Below, in pieces: positions 1-8,176 of a stretch of DNA of 58,822 nt. The translations under genes were made by a program, and so were the position numbers. This stretch comes from a virus (taxonomy: Duplodnaviria > Caudoviricetes), in the IMG/VR virus record IMGVR_UViG_3300038608_000026, positions 1 through 58,822 of that record, one strand, 5' to 3'. Positions within the stretch are counted from its first letter, which is position 1. Every line of letters begins with the position of its first letter. The notes under the pieces were generated by a model. It was not told the DNA's origin. It searched no databases and saw only the letters and a list, made by a program, of their open reading frames with translations.

Positions 1-127
1 AAGCGTGTAGCGTGCAAGCTATTGTTATTTCAGGTAATTCTGCCTTAATTGTTGATAACATTGTTGATAATAGGTGTTACTGGGTATTTTCACCGGTTCA
101 CTGGGTTTCCTCACAAACGGGCATTTT

Positions 128-157
128 TAAGCTCCTGATTGGCCTAAGGTGTTGATT
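128..157 (-). promoter_or_regulatory. Two tandem IHF-like sites
   Basis: Minus strand 145-157 reads AATCAA-CACC-TTA, an exact WATCAA-N4-TTR match; 128-140 reads AATCAG-GAGC-TTA (1 mismatch). Confidence 0.5.
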
Positions 158-304
158 TACAAGCATTATTCCAGTTATCAACAGGTTTCGCAGGTGGTTA
201 TTTTCACCAATTAGCACGGTTCGGGGATTTGCCAAAAACTTTTATATATTTTTATTACCTTTTAAAAACAGATACTTACGGTGTTTTGTTGTTATTTGCA
301 AGGT

Positions 305-333
305 TTGGCATGTCTATTGCTCTTATATAAAAT
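305..333 (+). promoter_or_regulatory. Early promoter: sigma70-type overlapping a sigma54-type element
   Basis: TTGGCA(305-310)-17 bp-TAAAAT(328-333); the same bases read TGGCATG-TCTA-TTGCT (GG-N10-GC). Confidence 0.65.
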
Positions 334-391
334 CAGATTTAAACATAAAACACGGGGGCCGCGCATCCGGCACGCGGGAAAGAGGGAAATC

Positions 392-841
392 ATGAACGAT
401 AAAATTTATCAGGTAGTAACCGACGGACAGGAATTGGCAACCAAGAAGAGCTGGCTGAAGAAGGGGTATGTTGATTTGATGGCGGCGATCAACACGGAGT
501 TGGGAAAAATCCCCGATATGGACGAGGATTGTATTGAGTATGTAATTAAGGAGTGGAGCGGCTCAGACTCCCGCGGTGAGAAGATTGATAAAACAATCAC
601 TGTGGATTTGATTTTCTCCGGCGACGCTTATCTGCAACTGAGCCTCAATAAGCGCGACCCGTATGAGGGCACATGGTCGGGCGAAAGCTTGGACAAACCA
701 GCAACTTCAACCATTCGACTTTTTGCGGAAAAAATAGCAGATGCCTTTGATTTTTTTGCGGAAAAAATAGTGGAGCGCAATCTTGCCAACCAAACCGCCA
801 TTGACACAATAACGGGATTGATTGCTAAACTGCAAAAATAA
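392..841 (+). CDS. Hypothetical early protein (149 aa, acidic)
   Basis: ORF; start moved to ATG 392 after purine-rich AGAGGGA. Confidence 0.8.
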   Translation: MNDKIYQVVTDGQELATKKSWLKKGYVDLMAAINTELGKIPDMDEDCIEYVIKEWSGSDSRGEKIDKTITVDLIFSGDAYLQLSLNKRDPYEGTWSGESLDKPATSTIRLFAEKIADAFDFFAEKIVERNLANQTAIDTITGLIAKLQK

Positions 842-884
842 ACACATGGCTGCGCTATCGGCTTGACGGGCGAAGGAGAAAGTT

Positions 885-1097
885 ATGAAAAATCTGACAT
901 TAAAAGAAATAAGAGAATTGTATCGCATCGAACAAACTCGTGAGGCTTGCAATGTTTTTGCCTCATCGGGCGACGACAAAAACGAGGCCAGAAACATGTA
1001 CCTGGCAGCAGTGGACTACGCGGGAGAGGAACTGGCGGTATGCGACACCGACAGGGAGAAGATAAGGGCAATATACGAGGCGAGTCGCTCGATGTAA
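885..1097 (+). CDS. Hypothetical early protein (70 aa)
   Basis: ORF with AAGGAG RBS. Confidence 0.8.
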   Translation: MKNLTLKEIRELYRIEQTREACNVFASSGDDKNEARNMYLAAVDYAGEELAVCDTDREKIRAIYEASRSM

Positions 1098-1149
1098 TAA
1101 ATAAAAACAAGGTTGCCCGGCGCATGGGCCGGGCGAAGGAGAGAAAATT

Positions 1150-1371
1150 ATGAAAGAGGAAGAAAAAAAGGGCACTTATTGTAGTAAACCCGATGGGGAT
1201 TGTTACACCTGCAGTCTTGTCAATTATGGCAGAGATTGCCATAACAACCCAATTTTGGGGAATGATATATTAGCAATTCCCCCAGAGGGGATCGCCGGGC
1301 TCAAGCGAGGCCAAATCATGGACATCCATGCCCGGGCAAAACTGCACCCGGGAGAGATTTACGAGGACTAA
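1150..1371 (+). CDS. Small Cys-rich hypothetical protein
   Basis: AAGGAG RBS; C-x6-C-x2-C-x8-C-H motif (CSLVNYGRDCHNN). Confidence 0.8.
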   Translation: MKEEEKKGTYCSKPDGDCYTCSLVNYGRDCHNNPILGNDILAIPPEGIAGLKRGQIMDIHARAKLHPGEIYED

Positions 1372-1376
1372 AGTGA

Positions 1377-1637
1377 GTGAGTGAAAATACAGGTTCCCGG
1401 CACCTGAAGCCGGGCGAAGCAGAAGAGATTCTGATGCGTGATATGCCGCAAGGGAGTATCGGCAGAATTATAAGTGATCCATATCACAACACAATTGTGA
1501 GGAGAACTTACTCGGAAACTCTTGTGGTAGAAAATCTGTCGGATCCGGGAAATAACTGTTGTTGGACATCGCTGGATGTACTTGGTTTGCGCGTGTCGCT
1601 TACGCCCAACGCAAAAATCATCATTGATATGGGCTAA
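1377..1637 (+). CDS. Hypothetical protein (GTG start)
   Basis: ORF closely follows the upstream gene. Confidence 0.65.
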   Translation: MSENTGSRHLKPGEAEEILMRDMPQGSIGRIISDPYHNTIVRRTYSETLVVENLSDPGNNCCWTSLDVLGLRVSLTPNAKIIIDMG

Positions 1638-1651
1638 GAAGGAGAGAGAAA

Positions 1652-1852
1652 ATGTTAGAAAATAAATGGACTCTAAAGATAAAGCAACTACAAGAACGCA
1701 TAGACTACCTGGAGTCGTGCCTCCGGGCTGCTGGTGACAATGTGCAAGAGAATCAGCGGCTGCTAAAGCTGGCATGGGAGCAGATAGACCGGATGAAAGA
1801 GGAACTGCCGGAGGAGAACATTAACCTTATGTTTTTTGAGTTAGCGGGTTAA
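1652..1852 (+). CDS. Small coiled-coil protein
   Basis: AAGGAG RBS; heptad pattern. Confidence 0.75.
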   Translation: MLENKWTLKIKQLQERIDYLESCLRAAGDNVQENQRLLKLAWEQIDRMKEELPEENINLMFFELAG

Positions 1853-1904
1853 TTGCAATTGCCTGCCTTCCCCTGGAGACCTAAAATCGCCTACAATCAA
1901 TTTT

Positions 1905-1944
1905 GAGGCTGGGAGGGTTGGTTTGCCTTGCCCGGCCTCTTTTT
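1905..1944 (+). terminator. Intrinsic terminator of the early cluster
   Basis: GAGGCTGGG...CCCGGCCTC stem followed by TTTTT, in the convergent gap. Confidence 0.7.
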
Positions 1945-2054
1945 CGTCCCCTGCGAAGCTACACAGCGTTTTTACCCGGTTCAGTGACCACACCTGAACT
2001 TATATCGTGTTTATTATTGCTATTGCATATTCCCTCCGATTTAACTCGATAGTC

Positions 2055-2312
2055 TCAAAACGGAACATCTTGCGATTCGATTCCGACCGCGGCGGCAATC
2101 TCTCGCAAAACGTTGATAACATTATCTTTATTACCTAACGTAACTTTTACTGGCCACGATTTTTCCTGAAACTCTCCCTTCCCCTTCTGATACATCGCCC
2201 ACACGGCGTAGTTTTTGTCGCCCACCACGTTCTGGGCTGATAATGATATAACTCCCTTATATTCCTCAACTTTTATACCTGTCTTTTCGCCTGTTTTAAT
2301 AATTTTGTCCAT
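2055..2312 (-). CDS. Putative ssDNA-binding protein (PC4-like)
   Basis: Small beta-rich protein ending in an SSB-type acidic tail (SQDVPF); lies in the replication arm; AGGAG RBS. Confidence 0.55.
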   Translation of the reverse strand: MDKIIKTGEKTGIKVEEYKGVISLSAQNVVGDKNYAVWAMYQKGKGEFQEKSWPVKVTLGNKDNVINVLREIAAAVGIESQDVPF

Positions 2313-2523
2313 TTTTAATCTCCTTTGATTGTCTCTTTGTCTCAATTGCTTCGCAGTTTAATTTATCTGAAGTGAAATATCTGATCATCGATTCTTTTTT
2401 AACGCCGTACTTTTTGGCCATCACGGGTAAGCATTTCAGAATTGCCTTGTAATTAGTCTCAGCTTCCGTTTCCATTTTGGAAATCTCGCCTTGGTAATTG
2501 AAAACAACCTTGAATTTATTCAT
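2296..2523 (-). CDS. Hypothetical protein, paralog-like to 2516-2740
   Basis: GGAGG RBS; FKV...MAKKYGV resembles YKV...IAKKQGV. Confidence 0.7.
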   Translation of the reverse strand: MNKFKVVFNYQGEISKMETEAETNYKAILKCLPVMAKKYGVKKESMIRYFTSDKLNCEAIETKRQSKEIKNGQNY

Positions 2524-2740
2524 TTTCGTCGACCTCCTTAAATTCTGTTTCAATCAGGATATCAAAATTGTCCGGGAACTCCTTCATCCATGACAATACA
2601 GTTACCGGCAAAACCCCTTGTTTTTTAGCAATCCGTCTGGCTATTACCATCCGGGCCTGCTTTTCTGTATAGGCCTGTACATATTCAATATATAGATTTT
2701 TTCTGAATTGAACCATAACCTTATACAGGTTTTTAATCAT
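2516..2740 (-). CDS. Hypothetical protein
   Basis: Overlaps both neighbours, consistent with translational coupling. Confidence 0.7.
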   Translation of the reverse strand: MIKNLYKVMVQFRKNLYIEYVQAYTEKQARMVIARRIAKKQGVLPVTVLSWMKEFPDNFDILIETEFKEVDENE

Positions 2741-4415
2741 CAGCTTTCACCCATCCTAACTTTTCGCCATCTTTTTTAACATCAGAAAAAAACATACCTT
2801 TTGTCAACTTGAAAGGCTTTTCCATGCCGTTTGGGTTTATCAATCCTGAGACCCAGTTTTTTGCTTTTACAATCTTTATGAACCCAGGACGCATTGACAA
2901 ATAGAGTCTTGCTTTCTCTGTTGATCTTGCACCTCCGAGCCCTTCATCTCGTCCCTTGTTTTTTTGAATTGCAATAATAGCTATACCTTTGTCCAGTTTA
3001 TCAAATATTTTTTTAATAAAGCTGCCTATTTTGTAAAACTCGTCATTTATTTCAAGGAAATCAATTATATTGATATCGTTCGGCCTTATCGCTATATCAA
3101 AATCATTTGATCGCTCAATAAAAGTGCAGTGTTCCCACATTTGTAATGGTACTCTTTCGGTAAAGTTCAATAGCCGCTCTTTAAGCTCCGCTCCGCCCAT
3201 CTCCGAGCTAAAATAAAAAACCTTGTGGTCAATCATGTTTTCTGCTGCCGTGTTCAGAAGAAATGCACTTTTCCCAGCATTGGATTCCCCGGCAATAATA
3301 ATTATATTTTTTGGCATGATTTTTACCATCTCGTGAATCCCAAGCGGTAATTTAAGCGGCAGACTGGTATTATCTGCTGAGGCCAGATCGATTATGCTTT
3401 CTTCCAGTTGCTCGGTTTTCTTGTAAGTCCCGCTTTTTTCTCCATATTTTTCTATTATTCCTGCTTCTTTCATCCTGAGCAATGCCATATTGATAGCTTT
3501 CTTGTGGTCGCTTGTGGTCGCTTGTAGCTGTTTGTGGCAGTCTGTGGTCGTTATGTAGCCGTCTGTGGTCGTTATGTAGTCGCGTACTTCTTCCGTCCAA
3601 TTTTTTTGTCGTCGTTCAATTCTGCCTATTGCAGATTTAATTTTTGAGTCAATCCATTTCTGGTCAGGATTTTCTCCCCACGAAAGTATAATCCTTTCAA
3701 GCACTTGTGCTATCTCATCATCTGGCATGCCACCTTTAACAAGGCAATTTGCAGTGTGAAAAAGGTCGTTGTCCCTGGTGCCAGAAAGGAACATTTGTGG
3801 TCGTTTGTGGTCGTTGTGGTTGGTTGTGGTTGTGGTTGGTTGTGGTTGTTTTGTGGTTCCCTTATATAATGTACTTATATTATTATATATGCTTGTGCCC
3901 TGGAGGGCACTCGTTAGATTCGCGAAGTCGGATTTGCTTTTTGGTTTGATTAGCCATGAGTATTCATCACCACTTTTACTTCTCGTTGGCGGAAGAGTAA
4001 TTAATGAGTTTTCTGACTGCAAATCCATGTCACTATAAAAACGGACTTGCTTCTTTAGAGGAACGTCTGAGTAAAAAAAATAATGTCTTGCACCTGAAAT
4101 AGATTTGCTGCATGGGATGATTATTCCATCCGGCAAGATTGCTTCTATATCATCTATTGCTTTTTGTGAGTCACAATCAATTGCAACCACACCGCCCGAA
4201 ATGGAACCCATTACGGCTGCAATTCCTGCTTCTGGAAACTGAGTCCACCAATTTTTTATATCTTCATCTGTGACTTCTTTTTTTTGCAATTCACTCCATG
4301 GAACAAGTGGTTTTTTTTCATACTTGCCGCGTAGTTCATTCCACGTAACATTAACAGGCAAAACATTTAATCCCAGGTCATTTTTATAATGCAGTGCAAT
4401 CTCAATCATATTCAT
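2733..4415 (-). CDS. Bifunctional primase-polymerase (Prim-Pol) fused to a RecA/DnaB-like P-loop helicase
   Basis: N-terminal KKPLVPW, WW..FP.AGI, VAIDCD, RHYFF motifs; PriCT-like GTRDNDLF; Walker A GESNAGKS; Walker B-like IIDFL. Confidence 0.85.
   Translation of the reverse strand: MNMIEIALHYKNDLGLNVLPVNVTWNELRGKYEKKPLVPWSELQKKEVTDEDIKNWWTQFPEAGIAAVMGSISGGVVAIDCDSQKAIDDIEAILPDGIIIPCSKSISGARHYFFYSDVPLKKQVRFYSDMDLQSENSLITLPPTRSKSGDEYSWLIKPKSKSDFANLTSALQGTSIYNNISTLYKGTTKQPQPTTTTTNHNDHKRPQMFLSGTRDNDLFHTANCLVKGGMPDDEIAQVLERIILSWGENPDQKWIDSKIKSAIGRIERRQKNWTEEVRDYITTTDGYITTTDCHKQLQATTSDHKKAINMALLRMKEAGIIEKYGEKSGTYKKTEQLEESIIDLASADNTSLPLKLPLGIHEMVKIMPKNIIIIAGESNAGKSAFLLNTAAENMIDHKVFYFSSEMGGAELKERLLNFTERVPLQMWEHCTFIERSNDFDIAIRPNDINIIDFLEINDEFYKIGSFIKKIFDKLDKGIAIIAIQKNKGRDEGLGGARSTEKARLYLSMRPGFIKIVKAKNWVSGLINPNGMEKPFKLTKGMFFSDVKKDGEKLGWVKADD
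3501..3890. repeat. TGTGGT(CG) repeat clusters plus AT-rich tract inside the replication gene (putative origin)
   Basis: CTTGTGGTCG x2 (3501-3520); GTCTGTGGTCGTTATGTAG x2 (3540-3558, 3561-3579); TGTGGT run 3795-3858; AT-rich 3861-3890. Confidence 0.6.
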
Positions 4416-4548
4416 TCCAGCCCCTCCATTTTTTATAATGCTCTGTCAATTTTTAATGACAGGCGTTTGCTGAAGGGTTTTTTGATGTTTCTCTCAAGAA
4501 ACCTGAGGTGGATTGACCAAACTAAACGTTTAATTTTGTTTATCATTT

Positions 4549-5262
4549 TCATCGTTGCGTCACACCCCCGCCGGACGAATATTCACAAAACATCAACGAC
4601 GGTTGAAATGGTTTCTCTAACTTATTGGACTTTCTGATATTATCCGCCGCCCACATTGGTTGCAAATTTTTCAGACTCCAACATTCCTTAAAGTCAATGT
4701 CTTCAGGTGTTTCAAAGTTGAATACCGATTTAGGGACCCGATGATCCAGATGCCATCGTCCGTAATTCTCCCAAGACATACCGGGTTGAAACTTCTTTTC
4801 AAGATGTTTCTTCAAATCGTCAACAGTATAACTAACCAGTTCTTCCCAGCTCCTGCCGGCCTTACTGCCCCTTAGTGCCTTATATATTCCGACCGATACT
4901 ATCTTATGCAATTTCCTCGCGGGGGTAGAACTATATTTTCGCCTCTGGATTTCTTTATATCTTTCGGGATTTTTAGCACGCCATTGTTTTTCGGCTTTCC
5001 TTATGTTTTCGGCGTTTTTAGCCCTCCATTTGCGGGCGTATCCCCTTGCTTTTTCAGGCTTTTCAGGATTTTCAGCCTTCCATCGCCGCTTGTTTTTCCT
5101 TACTCTTTCAGGATTTTCAGAGCGCCATTTTCTGGCTTGCTCTTTTGCGCATGCCTTACAGCAAAAGAGATGCCCATTTTTCGTTCGCTTGTCTCTATAA
5201 AATTCATCTAAGGGTTTTAGCGCACCACATTTTTTACATCTTTTGTTAGTTTTTATTGTCAT
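4549..5262 (-). CDS. HNH endonuclease with N-terminal zinc finger
   Basis: CKKC...EFYRD...CKAC; MSWENYG.WHLDH..P...NLQPMW..DNIRKSN. Confidence 0.85.
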   Translation of the reverse strand: MTIKTNKRCKKCGALKPLDEFYRDKRTKNGHLFCCKACAKEQARKWRSENPERVRKNKRRWKAENPEKPEKARGYARKWRAKNAENIRKAEKQWRAKNPERYKEIQRRKYSSTPARKLHKIVSVGIYKALRGSKAGRSWEELVSYTVDDLKKHLEKKFQPGMSWENYGRWHLDHRVPKSVFNFETPEDIDFKECWSLKNLQPMWAADNIRKSNKLEKPFQPSLMFCEYSSGGGVTQR

Positions 5263-5443
5263 CTTTATCTTCCTTATCAAGTCCTAATTCCTGTATTAGT
5301 GTTTCAACGTCCTCAAATGCATACCGGAAAGAACGCTTGAGCGTCTTCTCCAGCTCGACGGTGAGCTGCCCAGTTTGTTCTAAATATGCAAGCAATTTTG
5401 CTAATTGTCGATTTTTTAATTTTTCAACACGATTTACTTCCAT
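5246..5443 (-). CDS. Hypothetical protein (65 aa)
   Basis: ORF directly downstream of a promoter, with GAGGA RBS. Confidence 0.75.
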   Translation of the reverse strand: MEVNRVEKLKNRQLAKLLAYLEQTGQLTVELEKTLKRSFRYAFEDVETLIQELGLDKEDKDDNKN

Positions 5444-5461
5444 ATCCTGTCCTCTGTCCGT

Positions 5462-5490
5462 ACCCTAGCACACCTTAACCCGGATGTCAA
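5462..5490 (-). promoter_or_regulatory. sigma70-type promoter for the replication genes
   Basis: TTGACA-17 bp-TAGGGT with TG extended -10. Confidence 0.65.
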
Positions 5491-5559
5491 ACTTTTTTAG
5501 GCCGCTGATTGGCTACGCTGGTTCAGCAGGCCGAAACCTCGATTGACATATTCATTGGT

Positions 5560-6342
5560 TCACTGCCGCTTGGCGGTAAACTTGTTTTGATAGTTCTTGA
5601 TTCTTTCTTGAGCCATTGTGCAGTATTGGGAAGAATGTTCAGCGCCTATCCATTCACGATTTAATATTTCGGCAGCTAGCGCCGTTGTGCCCGATCCCAT
5701 AAATGGGTCAAAAATCACACCTTCATTTGTTGCGGCTATGCATCTTTGAGCTAATTCTATTGGAAATGGTGCGGGATGTTTATTATCCCGCGCTTGAGGT
5801 ATGTCCCATACATCTCCTTGACAATTAGCCTTCGGAGCTAATTTAAAGTCTGGTTTTGCTATCAAATAGATTACCTCATAGGTAGGCAGAAAATATCCCG
5901 GGTTGAAATTAATCCCGCCCTTACGTCTCCATATGATAATTTGCCGAACAGGAAAGCCATCAACGATTTCTGCCCTATCCTGGAGTAATCCGTTTTGAAC
6001 ACGCCATTTATGGTTATAAAAAATAGCGCCATCCGGTCTTAATATCCTCATCATAGCCGTAAGGCAGTTTCGTTGCCATTCGACATATTCGGGATATGGC
6101 ATGTCATCACTATGATCTGTATAGCCATTTCTTAGCGCAGCATTAGCCCATTTCCCGCTTCCGTTGGCTTGCATTCCAGGCCGCCCTGTACTGTTTCTGA
6201 GATTATACGGCGGAGACGTGACAATAACACTGATACTTTCTGCCGGGAGAACCTTCATCAGCTTCAGGCAATCCATGCAGTTAATTTTACCAATCCATTG
6301 GGCTAACGCTTTATTTTCTTGTGGCATGAGTTTGCTCTTCAC
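5560..6342 (-). CDS. DNA amino-methyltransferase, beta class (N4-C/N6-A)
   Basis: TSPPY catalytic motif precedes HPAPFP and the DPFMGSGTT SAM-binding motif. Confidence 0.92.
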   Translation of the reverse strand: MKSKLMPQENKALAQWIGKINCMDCLKLMKVLPAESISVIVTSPPYNLRNSTGRPGMQANGSGKWANAALRNGYTDHSDDMPYPEYVEWQRNCLTAMMRILRPDGAIFYNHKWRVQNGLLQDRAEIVDGFPVRQIIIWRRKGGINFNPGYFLPTYEVIYLIAKPDFKLAPKANCQGDVWDIPQARDNKHPAPFPIELAQRCIAATNEGVIFDPFMGSGTTALAAEILNREWIGAEHSSQYCTMAQERIKNYQNKFTAKRQ

Positions 6343-6724
6343 GTCTTGATTTAAACTGTTCCGGCCACCGCCGGAGTCGGTACGAAATTAATGCCTTCTT
6401 GTATTCCTTCGTGTCTTTTTCTATGCGAATATTTTTGGCAGGATTGTATACCTGCGACCGGCATGCCCCGCACAACCCTCCGCCCATGATCATTTTCACC
6501 CTCCCGCAATTGCAGCAGGCCTTCATTCTGTATTTTCTTTGCGACGCATAGGCGCCTTTGTGATAATCGCAAGACCTCACAGTGTAAGGCGTTATTTTAT
6601 TCAGTGTTTCGCCGCACTTGATACAGGTGTCCCGATTAATTAGTTTAGACCCGCAGCGCGGGCATGGATGAGTCACGTTTTCACACTCCAATTTTATAAG
6701 TAATGGGATAGTTTTTTGTAGCAC
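6311..6724 (-). CDS. Zinc-finger protein
   Basis: CPRC/CIKC and CCNC/CGAC pairs; exact start uncertain. Confidence 0.65.
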   Translation of the reverse strand: MLQKTIPLLIKLECENVTHPCPRCGSKLINRDTCIKCGETLNKITPYTVRSCDYHKGAYASQRKYRMKACCNCGRVKMIMGGGLCGACRSQVYNPAKNIRIEKDTKEYKKALISYRLRRWPEQFKSRREEQTHATRK

Positions 6725-7065
6725 TCCAGCTTCCAGGCAGCAGTGTTCTTCTGGACTCTATTGCGCTCTTCCCGCAGCCGGTCAAAAAACTCTTCCGTCC
6801 GCACGCCAGTTGCAACCAGAATAGACTTGAAGTCGGGATCACGATGCGCTGACAGACCGCCCATCGTGTGATGATACGGGCAAAGTGAAATACCCGCGTC
6901 CAGACAATAACGCATGGTGACATATCGCCGGGAATATAAGTGGTGCGGATGAAGCTGGGTGTAATTGGCATTGCAGTCCGGATATTCACATTTAAATCCG
7001 GCGCGTTCGATGACGGCTTGGCCCCACAATTTGAGTAATTTTTTGTCAGTCAATTTAATTATCAT
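6694..7065 (-). CDS. NinG/Rap-like HNH-fold endonuclease
   Basis: W...V..R...KCEYPDC...LHPHH..SRR...R....GISLCPYHH. Confidence 0.7.
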   Translation of the reverse strand: MIIKLTDKKLLKLWGQAVIERAGFKCEYPDCNANYTQLHPHHLYSRRYVTMRYCLDAGISLCPYHHTMGGLSAHRDPDFKSILVATGVRTEEFFDRLREERNRVQKNTAAWKLECYKKLSHYL

Positions 7066-7083
7066 TTTTCAGACTCCTGCTTA

Positions 7084-7857
7084 TCATTCAAACATCACCG
7101 TTTGGTCTTCATCTTGTTTTGTATGTTTATCTTCTTCCATCCACCAACGGAAAACATCTTCACCATTCTTCCAGTGCAAAATCCGATTTGCATCTGTGCC
7201 AGTTATTGCTATTTTGTCGAATGCCCGCTTATACAACATTTCATATTTCGGCCAACGCTTAAATTCTTTTTTTCTGCCGTTAGTGCCTGCCATAGGGCAA
7301 CCAATACAACCGAGTCGTTTAAATCCCTCGTCGTAAAGGCCACAATACTTAATTTTATTAATTTTTATATATTCCCAAACATCTTCATCAGTCCAATCTA
7401 TAATTGGATTAATATAAATCTTATTTTTATCTTTAAAACATTGTTCAACAAAACTTCTTTTTCTACGCTTATTGCTCTCCGCCCACCTAACACCCGTCAC
7501 AACCCTTCTGCCACCCCCGCCGCGTTCCTTCAAGTACTCGCAACAATAACGAACCAAACGAGTCGGAGGCATCATCTTTTCTTCTATCAATTTCCACATA
7601 GTTTTTCCCGGCTTATGCCGTTCAACTTCAGGGAAATTGTCACGGATGAAATAATAAAGTTCTGGCGGGTCAATCCCGGTGATATTGTAATGCGCGTCGA
7701 ACGGAACCCCCGCCTTCTTTACCAAATCTAAAATCACAATACTGTCCTTCCCTCCAGAGAAGGCAACATAATAACCTTCCGGCGGACAGAACGCTTTAAT
7801 GCGGTCAATCGCGATTTCGGTTTTATCCTTACCAGAAAAAAGGTTTAAGGTACTCAT
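7084..7857 (-). CDS. PAPS reductase (PP-loop) family protein
   Basis: AFSGGKDS, RYCCEYLKE, GVRWAES, NPIIDW, RLGCIGCP. Confidence 0.9.
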   Translation of the reverse strand: MSTLNLFSGKDKTEIAIDRIKAFCPPEGYYVAFSGGKDSIVILDLVKKAGVPFDAHYNITGIDPPELYYFIRDNFPEVERHKPGKTMWKLIEEKMMPPTRLVRYCCEYLKERGGGGRRVVTGVRWAESNKRRKRSFVEQCFKDKNKIYINPIIDWTDEDVWEYIKINKIKYCGLYDEGFKRLGCIGCPMAGTNGRKKEFKRWPKYEMLYKRAFDKIAITGTDANRILHWKNGEDVFRWWMEEDKHTKQDEDQTVMFE

Positions 7858-8033
7858 TTTTTTGCCTTCTTATAGTATGCTTCGATCCTGTCCCAAAGGT
7901 TTATGTGCCCGGCGTTTTTACCATTTATTAGCCGATACAGCGGCATATATGGCCACCTTAACCGGCGAGACATTTCCATAACCCCATATTTTTTTACGTC
8001 TTTTTTAAGTTTTTCCAGAAGTTTCTTTCTCAT
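7854..8033 (-). CDS. Cro-like HTH protein (59 aa, absent from the ORF track)
   Basis: Translates MRKKLLEKLKKDVKKYGVMEMSRRLRWPYMPLYRLINGKNAGHINLWDRIEAYYKKAKK; ATGA overlap with the next gene; HTH-like pattern. Confidence 0.7.
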   Translation of the reverse strand: MRKKLLEKLKKDVKKYGVMEMSRRLRWPYMPLYRLINGKNAGHINLWDRIEAYYKKAKK

Positions 8034-8043
8034 AGTGGCTGGT

Positions 8044-8072
8044 ATGATATAATAGTTTTACATTTTTGTCAA
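8044..8072 (-). promoter_or_regulatory. Leftward sigma70 promoter
   Basis: TTGACA-17 bp-TATCAT. Confidence 0.85.
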
Positions 8073-8094
8073 CAGGTAATCCTACTGCTAAAAA

Positions 8095-8116
8095 TATTTT
8101 ACTTTTTTGTAAAATA
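8095..8116. promoter_or_regulatory. Operator-like inverted repeat
   Basis: TATTTTAC-N6-GTAAAATA between the divergent -35 boxes. Confidence 0.45.
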
Positions 8117-8120
8117 ATGT

Positions 8121-8149
8121 TTGACAGAAAAAAAAGACTGTGTTACTAT
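8121..8149 (+). promoter_or_regulatory. Rightward sigma70 promoter
   Basis: TTGACA-17 bp-TACTAT with TG extended -10. Confidence 0.85.
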
Positions 8150-8176
8150 ACGTCATCAAAAGCCCCAAGAGGATTT

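Noticed and set aside
2248-2267. Partial self-match to the putative Cas12a guide (ACTCCCTTATATTCCT); also CCCTTATAT near 3859
   Set aside because: Needs an indel or mismatches in the seed and has no TTTV PAM; expected by chance
3370-4038. Alternative-frame ORFs (3370-3600, 3749-3949, 3769-4038)
   Set aside because: By-products of the stop-free TGTGGT repeats inside the Prim-Pol gene
4416-4449. TTGACA upstream of the Prim-Pol gene as a promoter
   Set aside because: No -10 element at 16-18 bp spacing
7102-7731. 209-aa plus-strand ORF, and similar antisense ORFs such as 27606-28163 and 32359-33036
   Set aside because: Antisense to well-supported genes, with no RBS or recognisable motifs
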